Counted from the first letter of the whole stretch, positions 12,588 through 23,308 are shown. The stretch is 63,908 bases of DNA, filler included, from Octopus bimaculoides (GCF_001194135.2; 5 parts of 5 records of this genome joined end to end with filler, not necessarily neighbours in it), one strand, 5' to 3'. The notes: a model not told the origin generated them from the letters alone. A program made the numbers and translations.

Positions 12588-15043
12588 TCGAAAAATACCT
12601 TAGGAATGAGAACCCAGGTTAAAAATTTCCTCAAGACACTTAAAGAAGGCTGGAGAGTATATCAGCCAAAATGTTGTGTTAACAACAAACAAAATGAGGA
12701 CAAATAACCCAAAAATCTTATATGGACCTTCAGGTGCCATATGAACCCCGGTTGAGAAACGCTGCGTTAGGGTATTGCTCTTACCATTGCTAGATCATGG
12801 TTTTAATATAGATCACTTTAAAGGTGGAAGTTTGTATCATAGAACCAGAGGTGTTCTTAGGTGGGTCTGTACTGAAAAGGGGAGGTAACTCAACGAGGTG
12901 CCTTGGTTAAAAACAAACTTGGCTATTGTTGTGTTCTGTTCTGTTCTGACGGCAGAAATTAATGTTGGTTTCCTACATAGGCCTTTCTACTTCTATACTA
13001 CAATGCTTCAAGTGAACTTCAATGCTCTTATGAAAATAAATGTTTAATCAAAATAAAACTGACGATGTAGTATAGAAGTAGAAAAATGAGTTGTTGCTGC
13101 TAACTCAAAATAATAGCATCTCTGTAAACACATTTCTTTGACTGTATTCTTCTGAAGACGGGCCCTTGCACCCGAAATATAAAGGGTTTTAGACACTTTC
13201 CTTATTTCTCATTTTATTTTTATGTTTTGTCTTTACTTTTTAAATTCTTCAGAATTGATAGAAAGTACCATGTACTTATACCAGGCCACTAAGGATCCAT
13301 ACCTCCTACAAATTGGAGTGGATATGTTGGAATCTATTGAGCAAGTCACAAAGACCAGATGCGGTTTTGCTACGGTAAGAGTTTTATTAAAAAATCTCTA
13401 TTAAGGTGGTGCTCCAGCATGGCCGCAATCAAATGACTGGAACAAGTAAAAGAATAAATGAATTGATGCTTTTTAAGGACTCTGCTAACATTCTTTGTGT
13501 TGCTAGTCAAGTAAGATTCAGTGACAGGTCTGGGTGAGTAGGCCTGTGGGGCAGAAGTTACTAGTCAACCGATAGAAAGAGACAGGTTTTGCAGTATGTG
13601 TTTGACTCAGTCATGTTCAATTGATATATTGTAATCTTTCTCTCTCTCTCTCCGTCCTTCTCTCTCTCTCCGTCCATCCCTGGTTCAACTGAGGACTGGT
13701 GAACCAGATGGCTACACCAGGCTCCAATCTGATCTGGTAGTGTTTCTACAGCTGGATGCTCTTCCTAACACCAACCACTCAGAGAGTGTAGTAGGTGCTT
13801 TTTTACGTGCCACCAGTACAGGGGCCAGAGGAGGCTGGCAACAACCACTATCGGTTGGTGCTTACTAATTTCAATATTGAATTGGATAATGGAAATACCG
13901 ATTATCATAGTTGTATGTTTGTTCCTTCTCGAGCCATGCCTGGCTCATAAGGGCCAGTTTCCTGATTTCATTGGCATATAGGTTCCCCACCTGGATGGGA
14001 TGTTGTGGCAAAAGAGTCAGCAGAAGTTCGCCATTATCTTCTGCTGGAGCCGCATGGAGCTTTGGTGTTTTGCTCCATAAACACACACATCGCCTGGTCT
14101 GAGATTCGAACCCGTGATCCCTCGACTGCGAGTTCGCTGCTCTAGCCACCAGGCCATGTGCCTCCACCCATCATTGTATAACCACCCTTAACTACTACAA
14201 TGTATGATTTTTGTTTCATTACAGGTAAAAGATGTGACTGACCACCGGCTGGAAAATAGAATGGAGTCATTTTTTCTAGCAGAGACTCTGAAGTACATGT
14301 ACCTGTTGTTTACTCCAGACCATTTTATCCATAACAACGGAAGCAGAGGTGAAGTCATACAGACTACATACGGAGAGTGTGTTATCGATGCTGGAGGTTA
14401 TGTGTTTAACACTGAAGGTCACCCTATTGATGTGGCTGCTGTTCATTGTTGTAGTGCAGTGAAAAAAAAAGATGATGACATTCTGTTTAAGCTTCACGAC
14501 AACTTGGATTTGTTAGCATTGTTGGGAGCCACGGATGAGGGCCAACATTATGGAGGGCAAAAATGGGAGAAGAAAAGAAAAGATCAACAAGCAGAAAACA
14601 GTGATACTGGGTCGGAATCTAATTCAGAAGATTCTTCCAAAGAGACTAGGGACAGTTCCGGGGCTTCAAATACAACAGAATCTGAAAGTGAATCCAGTAA
14701 CCACACTTCTTCCATTTCGGATAAAACTGAAACAGATAAGGAAAATGTTAAAATCAATATAGAAACAAAACAGGAGAAATCTTCACCACAAACAGACAAT
14801 AGGGGTGGAAATACATCGAATTTAAATGAACAAAATTTTGACGAAAATGATAGCCCGGAGAAAGATTCACAAAGATCTGAAGAACCGAATATTGCTGACC
14901 TTTACAAAAGCTTAAAAGACTTTGAGATTGGATTCAAAGCCCCATATTCTTTAATGTATTGCCCAGCTCAACCATTCCACATGAAACTCTCCGTGATGGG
15001 AGAAATGTTTGAAAACAGAATTGGACCTTTAGGAGAAGAATAA
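7425..15043 (+). CDS. EDEM2: ER degradation-enhancing alpha-mannosidase-like protein 2 (GH47); join(7425-7535,8150-8295,9125-9250,10159-10370,10575-10716,11646-11770,12229-12373,13253-13374,14225-15043); 5'-partial
   Basis: Nine GT-AG-bounded exons splice in frame (1948 nt, plus 2 nt expected from the missing exon 1). Translation has [83 protein letters not shown] and C-terminal CPAQPF, as in animal EDEM2. Confidence 0.96.
8150..8295 (+). CDS. EDEM2: EDEM2 exon ([10 protein letters not shown]...VFETNIR)
   Basis: ctctag acceptor, gtatg donor, 146 nt. Confidence 0.95.
8428..8682 (+). mobile_element. SINE or short LINE tail, family C, ending in (GAT)n
   Basis: gtggcacgtaaaagcacc...aggaagggcatccagctgtagaaact...gttaaacgatgatgatg; inverted copies at 6290-6560, 11300-11490 and 13685-13865; + copy at 23505-23790. 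Confidence 0.85.
8838..8990. repeat. 26-bp minisatellite, ~5.5 copies, in an EDEM2 intron
   Basis: Unit CACAGCTGCTATGTGAAGGCTTCAAG starting at 8838, 8864, 8890, 8916, 8942. Confidence 0.95.
9125..9250 (+). CDS. EDEM2: EDEM2 exon (VVAGLLSSH...GWPCSGPLL...RRLLP)
   Basis: atttag acceptor, gtaatt donor, 126 nt. Confidence 0.95.
9363..9757 (+). mobile_element. SINE family A, full length
   Basis: Colinear with 5022-5418. Confidence 0.88.
10159..10370 (+). CDS. EDEM2: EDEM2 exon ([15 protein letters not shown]...RSDIDL)
   Basis: atccag acceptor, gtaagt donor, 212 nt; within ORF 10125-10379. Confidence 0.95.
10575..10716 (+). CDS. EDEM2: EDEM2 exon (FGNHIDV...[16 protein letters not shown]...AMFN)
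   Basis: tttcag acceptor, gtaaat donor, 142 nt. Confidence 0.95.
10773..10996. mobile_element. piggyBac-type MITE (TTAA TSD), degenerate copy of the 17920-18136 family
   Basis: TTAA|acctgtagcatt...aattctaaaggg|TTAA; internal similarity to 17920-18136. Confidence 0.75.
11300..11490 (-). mobile_element. Family C repeat, reverse
   Basis: catcatcgtttaacatccgctttccatgctagc...tcttacgtgccacc. Confidence 0.85.
11487..11615 (+). mobile_element. SINE-like repeat fragment with a hammerhead-like tail (GATAC-CTGACGA-A-GGCTG...CAGCC-GAAAC-GTT)
   Basis: Same family as 12510-12710 and the inverted fragment at 11195-11265; core intact, 3' strand of stem I deleted. Confidence 0.6.
11646..11770 (+). CDS. EDEM2: EDEM2 exon ([16 protein letters not shown]...YWPGIQ)
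   Basis: tcctag acceptor, gtaaca donor, 125 nt. Confidence 0.95.
12229..12373 (+). CDS. EDEM2: EDEM2 exon (SLLGEND...PEFYNIP...REGYPLRP)
   Basis: ttacag acceptor, gttaat donor, 145 nt. Confidence 0.95.
12510..12710 (+). mobile_element. SINE-like repeat with a tRNA-type B box (GAGTTCGATTCC), (AAT)n and a decayed hammerhead-like tail
   Basis: Shares catcgaaaaatacc-gaatgagaacccag-gaaggctgga..tatatcagcc with 11487-11615. Confidence 0.6.
13147..13186 (+). ncRNA. Minimal type-I hammerhead ribozyme-like motif (Penelope-type) in an EDEM2 intron
   Basis: TCTT-CTGAAGA-C-GGG(cccttgca)CCC-GAAA-T-ATA-AAGG: intact core, stem II, loopless palindromic stem III, and stem I of 3 Watson-Crick pairs plus G-U pairs. 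Confidence 0.5.
13253..13374 (+). CDS. EDEM2: EDEM2 exon ([16 protein letters not shown]...RCGFAT)
   Basis: cttcag acceptor, gtaaga donor, 122 nt. Confidence 0.95.
13685..14165 (-). mobile_element. Family C fragment followed by a family D SINE, both reverse
   Basis: ccagatggctacaccaggctccaatctg...; ttcgaacccgtgatccctcgactgcgag...ccaccaggccatgtgcc head. Confidence 0.75.
14225..15043 (+). CDS. EDEM2: EDEM2 last coding exon ([20 protein letters not shown]...GPLGEE*)
   Basis: ttacag acceptor, TAA at 15041-15043; ORF 14204-15043. Confidence 0.95.
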   Translation, partial: VKDVTDHRLENRMESFFLAETLKYMYLLFTPDHFIHNNGSRGEVIQTTYGECVIDAGGYVFNTEGHPIDVAAVHCCSAVKKKDDDILFKLHDNLDLLALLGATDEGQHYGGQKWEKKRKDQQAENSDTGSESNSEDSSKETRDSSGASNTTESESESSNHTSSISDKTETDKENVKINIETKQEKSSPQTDNRGGNTSNLNEQNFDENDSPEKDSQRSEEPNIADLYKSLKDFEIGFKAPYSLMYCPAQPFHMKLSVMGEMFENRIGPLGEE

Positions 15044-15254
15044 ATTTTATTTAAATTTGTAAATTTTGACTTGAGTTTTTGCAGAAATACTGGTAGAGGT
15101 GGGGGAGGGGTTAGTTTGGTGTAACCATATTTCAGTTCCGATTTATAATCCTTCCAATTATATCTCTCATCCCCTTGAGAAATGTATGAACATCACATCA
15201 TCTCATTTCCCCATCCTTGTTGGTATTTGTAACAATTTAATGAATCTTTTTTTA

Positions 15255-15400
15255 CCTTTTACTTGTTTCAGTCATTGGAGTACCACCTTGAAGGGTTTAG
15301 TCAAATGAATTGACCCCGGTACTTATTCTATTGATCTCTTTTGCCGAAGTGCTAAGTTATAAGGATGTAATAAAATCACAGACAGGAGTAACACAAGCAC
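15255..15400 (-). mobile_element. SINE family A, 3' fragment, downstream of the EDEM2 stop
   Basis: tttacttgtttcagtcattgg...ttttgccgaagtgctaagtta. Confidence 0.7.
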
Positions 15401-16837
15401 AAAGTGATATCACTCATTGAAACTGGTGGTGGTGGTGGCAGCGGTGATGGTGGTTGCTGCAGTGGCAGCAACAAAAGGGTCACTGATGTGTATAGTGTCC
15501 TTGTTAAAATGAAAACAGTGCAGTCTACAGTTTTACTTATGTATAATGGTGACTGGCAATTGGCTAAAATTATCCAAAACTTGTAGAAGACACTTACTCA
15601 AGGTGCTGCACCATGGGAGTGAGCCTGAAACCACATAGTTGCAAGCAAGCTTCTTGACCACATGCCCTCTTATCCATTTCTCTCAACGAGCATAGGCTCG
15701 AAACATCAAAGACTTTTCCAGTCTTCCTGAGCATTAAGCTAATACACCTACTTGTGGTTCCTTCACTTGTCATCTTTTGTTTACTGTAAATTTTGATCTC
15801 TGTTTATATATATATATATATAAAGTTAAGTGCTTATGGATGCGAAACCACTGGTCATTCTATGACCGGACATATATTTAACTTCCTATAAATACATTAC
15901 TGCTCTCATTTTTAGAGTGTGCTTCTTTTTTGAATATATGATCCATTGATGATATATATATTCTATAACCCATGCTGTTTGGTACTCAAGTAATTATTGG
16001 GTCATAAACCTTGTACCATTATGTAAATGAGTTGTGTCTGGTACAGTTTTATTGATACTTTTTTTTTTTATGGCTTTCTCCTACTTTGTCTTGGTATCTT
16101 GGGAAGAAGAGAGCAAATACTGATGAGTTAAATAACATTGAAACTTGCCAATTCAGTTACCATATTTTTTACTGAAATACACTGCTTCTTTATCACAGTT
16201 AATTTTAAAAATTAAAGAAAAATTTAGTAAAATAACAGTCATTATTAAAGCTGGAGTTTTGAACATAAATTAGCATGAAATTTTGATGGAAGGTTTTAAT
16301 TAGCATCTCTTTAAAATAGGAAGTTTGTATCATGAAACCAGGAGCAGTAGTGTGTGAGTTGATATCAAAAGGGTTAAGCTGCTGCAAAGACTTTCAGTTA
16401 GTGGTGGAGGAGAGTGTTCTGAAAGTACGGTTTCTAGAAAGACTGGATGGAAAAAGTTCAGAGTTATTACCTCTATCAACAACAATAAGCCCCTCTGTCA
16501 GAGTGAAAGGCAGATTGTATAGTGATTGTGTATGAACAGCAATTTTCTACGTTAGTGAAATGTGAGGTGTGAATGCAGAGGAGAGGTCCAGATCAGGTAT
16601 TCATGTATCTCCTTTACAGCAATATATAGGGATAGGACTGTATTTATTCATGTCTCTTGTTAGATTGACTGAAGCATCCTTATAATTTTATGTAAAGGGA
16701 ATATCAAGGTTAAATGACATGGCAGAGTAAATAAAAAAAAACATCCATTGTTCATTCATTTATTTATAACAAGTTATAAACAGTGAAACTAAAAGGTTTA
16801 TAAACTCCTGGCAAAGCAGCTTAGACACGCATACTTC

Positions 16838-17020
16838 AAATTTTGGCACAAGGCCAGCAATTTTGGAGGAGGGGTATGTCAATTAGACCAACCCTCACTG
16901 TTCAACTGGAACTCATTTTATTGACCCCCGAAAGGATGAAAGGCAAAGTTAACCTCAGTAGAATTTGAACTCGGAACATGAAGATAGATGAACTGCCGTA
17001 AAGCATGGGCTGATTCTGCC
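16838..17020 (-). mobile_element. SINE family B
   Basis: gaaaggatgaaaggcaaagttaacctcagtagaatttgaactc. Confidence 0.75.
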
Positions 17021-17383
17021 AGGTGACTTCCTTAGCTACTTCAAATGTCAGATGTTTCTACTTCCCAGAGGCTTTAGATCAAAGAACTTTAATATCAAAA
17101 GCTAAAACATTAAATTCTCATTTACAACAATCATAGCATAAACAGTTGTGAACAATGTCTTTATACATTTCAAACCATTCAGAAAACTGGTTGTGGTTGA
17201 TAGATTTACAGTTATGAATCAATAAGACATTGGTATCCCAATCAAATAAGGCAGTTTTGTGTTGAAATAATCTTTTTGAACTAGCATAACCATGTAAAAT
17301 AAGTTCAAAGGTACACAAAATAACAAACTAGGCTGAAATCACATAAAAGAGGGCCAGCAACTGGTTTGCATGGAAGAACTTAA

Positions 17384-17639
17384 CCCATTACCTACCAGTG
17401 ATCTCATATGAGATCACTTAAAAATTACAAATTTCGTAATTATCTGTCAATATTTACACATATCTAACCTTATTTCTCTGATATTCAAATGAGGTTTCCT
17501 AATTTTTCACCCAATATCTCGCTTATTTCTATTTAAAATGTTATTTAGATCATTCCAGTGTGTTTCTAAGGCTGTTTTATGCTAGTAATCAAGTTTCATT
17601 AAAAAAATTCCAGTTAATAGAATTATGGGAGGTAATGGG
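17384..17639. mobile_element. piggyBac-type MITE, second family
   Basis: TTAA|CCCATTACCT...AGGTAATGGG|TTAA; contains the 20-bp palindrome GTGATCTCATATGAGATCAC. Confidence 0.8.
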
Positions 17640-17919
17640 TTAATGACATACTTCTAAATCTTGCTCACAAAAATGCTGTCTCCTAACCCTGCATATTCTA
17701 CTGCGACCAAAGTTCGAAGCAGAAAAACAGTTAGGACTCTACTTGGAGAAAATGGCCTTGTTTGACAAAAAGAAAATATTGTTTTTGAAAGACTGAGCAT
17801 AAAAAAAAAAAAAACACACAGAAGCTCTGACNNNNNNNNNNAAAGAAAGAGTATAAAATTTTCAGCTTGTGAACTAAATTTTTGCTGTAATTACAATAAT
17901 ATTCCTCTGAGATGTTTAA

Positions 17920-18136
17920 CCCTTTAGCATTTAAACTGGCATATCCGGCCAATATATTCTACCTCTTATGTACAAACTGGTTAGAACTAGCTTCTCTCAC
18001 CTATCCTACTATGTCTTTCTAAAAATAAAGAATCACATCATAGAAATCTCAGTGCTATGAGATAATGCAGGATTAATTTAAAACAATATGAATCAATAAG
18101 TATTACATTTGACTGAGTAATCAGAATGCTAAAGGG
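17920..18136. mobile_element. piggyBac-type MITE
   Basis: TTAA|CCCTTTAGCATT...AATGCTAAAGGG|TTAA; perfect 12-bp TIR. Confidence 0.85.
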
Positions 18137-18320
18137 TTAAACATTTTGTATGACAAGGAAAAAGAATATATAATAAAAAATGCAACCATAGAAAACTAAA
18201 GGCAATAACATGGTCACGGCTATTTTGCTTCTGTCATGGATCAGTTCACTCAGTGTTGATAACATACATTGTATTTAACAAACACCATATGCCATATACT
18301 GCAATAACCAAACAGTTAAA

Positions 18321-18358
<38 letters not shown>

Positions 18359-20588
18359 AGGAAAATGTTGTATATTGTGCTCAGGTGCACTACAACTAAA
18401 GAAACAAAACAAAAAACAAAAAAAGGTCATCAGGTACGCTGTTGGTGGATTTCAGGAAACATGGAAGTTTTGAAGGATGTAGTGTCTCGACAGTTTATTC
18501 CATGCTTCAGCAATTCTGAGCATGGAAAAATGTTTCCAAAAGTCATGGGTGCTGTGTTGTTTTTTTGATTTTATAAGCATGTCCGTGAGTGTTTGCCATA
18601 CGGAATTCATAAAGGTATATTTTAAAGCTTATATTTACATGCTTAGAATCTATTTAATCCTGAAACAAAACAATAGCATTGTGAATATATCATAAAATAT
18701 TTCTGTTCCACTAATATTAAAGCTTTCAAAACACGTGCATCAGTATACCTAAAATAGACATACATGCACCAGACTTATTGAGTGTGGATATATTCTGTAC
18801 ATTCCATTTTGTTTCAGGGATAAATCTTTTCAGCTGTCTTCTTCAAAATTGTATGTCTTTTTGTTTAAATTTTTATATGGCTTGTTCAGGAAGAGAAAGG
18901 TTAGTGCCCAAGCCACTTTTTAGGGCAACAGTAAATGGTGGGAGGAAGAGAGTATGTCACCAGGTATCTGGTCCAAATGCTGGCAACAGAATAGACTCTG
19001 CTAGAGGCACCCAAAGATCAGGTGATGGTATTAAACCAGGTGTAAGATATAGTCTATCATCCAGAAACAGACAGTCTCCAAAAGACTTCCAGAGTTTTTG
19101 CTCACCATTTTTCACTCACAAGTCTTTGACTGAGCAAAGGTTACAATAGAAGACATTTCCCCAAAGTACCACAAAGGTTGCGGGATCAAACCTGAACCCA
19201 AATCACTTAGTTGCAAAGTAAATTTTTTAACCATGTAACCATGCCTGCACCCATAGTCTATGCCTCATTTCTAAACCAGTAGCATAGCTAGGAAGAGGGT
19301 AGGGTGTGAAGGGGTAATCCACCCCAGGTGATGCTTTTAAGAGCACAGCACTTTGGGAGTCTGCTGTATAAGATTGTATGGGTTTCAGGACACAGGATCA
19401 AGAGAAGAACAGCAAAATCAGGGGCTGCCTCAGACAGCACCCACTCCAGCTACACCACTGCTCTAAACCTTAAAACTTTGCCTAGGGGACTGAATGCAGA
19501 AATGAACAACATTCAAGTTGCTAGATGTACTCCTAGTACTCGTGAATCAACTAAGGAAGTACATATGCACAAAACTAAAAAAAAAAAAAAAGAAACACCC
19601 AGCTTTATATCAGGAAAGCTACCTTAGTAACAATCAAATTGTGTAAAACCTCAAATATACCATCATCATCATCATTATCCTTTAACNNNNNNNNNNNNNN
19701 NNNNNNNNNNNNNNNNNNNNNNNNNNNNNNNNNNNNNNNNNNNNNNNNNNNNNNNNNNNNNNNNNNNNNNNNNNNNNNNNNNNNNNNNNNNNNNNNNNNN
19801 NNNNNNNNNNNNNNNNNNNNNNNNNNNNNNNNNNNNNNNNNNNNNNNNNNNNNNNNNNNNNNNNNNNNNNNNNNNNNNNNNNNNNNNNNNNNNNNNNNNN
19901 NNNNNNNNNNNNNNNNNNNNNNNNNNNNNNNNNNNNNNNNNNNNNNNNNNNNNNNNNNNNNNNNNNNNNNNNNNNNNNNNNNNNNNNNNNNNNNNNNNNN
20001 NNNNNNNNNNNNNNNNNNNNNNNNNNNNNNNNNNNNNNNNNNNNNNNNNNNNNNNNNNNNNNNNNNNNNNNNNNNNNNNNNNNNNNNNNNNNNNNNNNNN
20101 NNNNNNNNNNNNNNNNNNNNNNNNNNNNNNNNNNNNNNNNNNNNNNNNNNNNNNNNNNNNNNNNNNNNNNNNNNNNNNNNNNNNNNNNNNNNNNNNNNNN
20201 NNNNNNNNNNNNNNNNNNNNNNNNNNNNNNNNNNNNNNTTTTTGAAACATTGTTTTGGGAAAAGAAATAAAATTATGCCTTATATGTCATCAAATAAGAT
20301 TAATTCACGGAAGTGGATACTTTTTCTAAAATTATACCTATTTTTATATATTTCACTTGAAATTCTTTTTTTTTTTTTTAATTTCTTAAAAATTAAATTT
20401 TTGTATTTTTCTAACAAAATATATTGATGCTTTCTGAAAAAAAATCAACATTATTATTATTATTTTTTTTTTTTCTCATATTTTTGGTTTCAATAAAATA
20501 TTTTCTGATCTACTTAAAAATTGGTAATGTGTAACTAAATAAATAAATAAATAAAAAGTCTTCAACAAAAAAAGGCAATATAAATAAT

Positions 20589-20821
20589 TTAAAAATCATT
20601 TTCAGCCTTGAAATATTTCTCATCAAAGTTTTTAAATGCTATCGATATGGTGCCGTTTCGATCAACTCTTGTATGATAAACATTTGTCTTGTTATCTTCT
20701 CGTGTATTAGGCCAAACCACAGATCCATCCAACAGGTTAAATCTCCAACTGTGCCAAGGACACCTGACACATAATGTTCCATTCGGCATTTCTTCAATGT
20801 CTCCCATGTGTAATGGTCCAC
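20589..20821 (-). CDS. RFESD: RFESD-like exon 3 (GPLHMGDIEE...CPWHSW...AENDF*)
   Basis: tattag acceptor, second Rieske box CPWH, TAA at 20591-20589. Confidence 0.93.
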
Positions 20822-23308
20822 CTAATAAAATGTATAAAAAAAAATTTTTTTTAAAGGGACAATTATTAAGTCTTAAAGAGACAATACTGAATAAGATACA
20901 TGAAATATTTGTCATAGCAGAATCATTATATAAATCTATATAAATCTTGCTGTAGGGGATACTTTTGAAAATGTGAGTAGTTGTGTAACTTCTAAACAGC
21001 AACATATCTGTTCTGCTCCAGCCCTTTTCTGTGATACTCTACCCCTCTCTACTCATTCTCCTAGCACAGTGATTCTCAACCATGTTTTTTTTACCCCAGC
21101 TACAAAATCACTGCTCCAATAATTCATGCTGATAACCCTTTTTACTTTAGGCACAAGGCCTGAAATTTTGTGGGGAGAGGACTAATCGATTACACTGACC
21201 TCAGTGCATAACTGGTACTTAATTTATCGACCCCGAAAGGATGAAAGGCAAAGTTGACCTCGGCGGAATTTGAACTCAGAACGGAAAGACAGACGAAATA
21301 TCGCTAAGCATTTCGCCCGGCATGCTAACATTTCTTATTTCTTTATTGCCCACAAGGGGCTAAACATAGAGGGGACTAACAAGGACAGACAAAGGGATTA
21401 AGTCGATTGTATCAACCCCAGTGTGTAACTGGTACTTAATTTATCAACCCCAAAAAGATGAACGGGAAAGTTGACCTCGGCAGAATTTGAACTCAGAATG
21501 TAGCTAGCAATGGGCAAAATACTGCTAAACATTTCGTCCAGTGCTCTAATGATTCTGCCAGCTCGCTGCCTTTTTACTAATGTACAAAATACTCAAATCA
21601 GGTGTGTTTAAAAGCATGAGTGTGAGAAAAAGAATGTCTAGAAAGATTTCATAGAGATACAAACTGTGTATTTGCACTACTTTATCCAGGCTTGGATTTC
21701 AAACAATGAATAGTTGCTGACATCAACTTTCATCTCAAGGAGAGTTTTTAGGTATTTAGGTCAGAGTTTATACAATAATATGGCATTGACATTCATTATT
21801 TTTCAGCTTTATTATTATTATTATTATTATTATTATTGTAATTATTATTATTATTCATAGTTTGATCTCTGACCTTACAATGTAACAAACTTCCTTTTTT
21901 CCTCTTTCTCTCATGTGCACACATTGTAAAATGTCATTATTGCTAACAAGAGATATTTCAATTCACACGTGAAATTATACACTGTTTTATTAACCCTTTT
22001 TTTTTTTTATCAAAGTACCCAAAACTGCCCTTACTTTTATGTTACAAACTTCCCAATTTTTAAAGGGGTCTGAATTTAAAATTTTAAAATTTAAAAAAAA
22101 ACTTCCATCAAAATTTCATGTTAAGTTTTATCACTTGCCCAAGGTGCCACACAGTGGGGCTGAACCTAAAACAGCGAGGTTACAAAGCAAGCTTCTTAAA
22201 CAAACAAATAAAAAAAAGGCAACGTACCAGAATGTGGGCATTTGTCATCAATGGCATAAATAGTGTCTTTATGTTTAAATAAAGCAACTGACTTCTCGTT
22301 GCAATTTACCAATGCTCCTTTTGTATCATTGGAGGTTTTTTTAATGGTGGCAAATTTCAATCTGCATTTATGTAATGACCGATTCCAGTCAGACAAATCT
22401 GAAAAGAAAGGAGAAAAAAAAAGCATGATTAGAAAACATCCATTTTTATTGTTAATATGAAGAGCAAGCTGGCAGAATCATTAGCACGCTGGACGAAATG
22501 TTTAGCAGTATTTTGCCCGTCACTACGTTCTGAGTTCAAATTCTGCCGAGGTCAACTTTGCCTTTCATCTTTTCAGGGTTGATAAATTAAGTACCAGTGA
22601 AACACTGGGGTTGACGTAATCGATTATTCCCCTCCTCCAAATTTCAGGTCTTGTGTCTATAATAGAAAGGGTTATTGTTAATAGTAATGTTGTATGAAGA
22701 AGTTAAGAATTGTTATGATAAAGGTGCAGGCCTGGCAGTGTGGTAAGAAGTCTGCTTCCCAACCACATGGTTCACTTTTCCAGGATGGAATTTGTAGAGG
22801 CACATTTTCTATTGGTTTGGCTGGATGCCCTTCCTGTAGCTAACCTTCACCTGTNNNNNNNNNNNNNNNNNNNNNNNNNNNNNNNNNNNNNNNNNNNNNN
22901 NNNNNNNNNNNNNNNNNNNNNNNNNNNNNNNNNNNNNNNNNNNNNNNNNNNNNNNNNNNNNNNNNNNNNNNNNNNNNNNNNNNNNNNNNNNNNNNNNNNN
23001 NNNNNNNNNNNNNNNNNNNNNNNNNNNNNNAAGAAATAAGTGGAAATTTTACCAGTGAATGTGTTAAATTATAAAGTACAAAAAGAAAATGACTCTCCCC
23101 AGACACAACAGAATTTGTAGAAAATTTCATTAAAAAATTCCCCTTTTTTCAAAAAGTTATGGAGAAACAAATTTGATTAGCGTGTGGACACACTTCTATA
23201 GTTATGCCCATATTTGTACATGATTGCTATTTTGGTTTCTCCGCATGTTTGGGGCGGGATGCACAATGAGTCATAGTTACTGCATTTCTGACTTTGGAAA
23301 AAGATACG

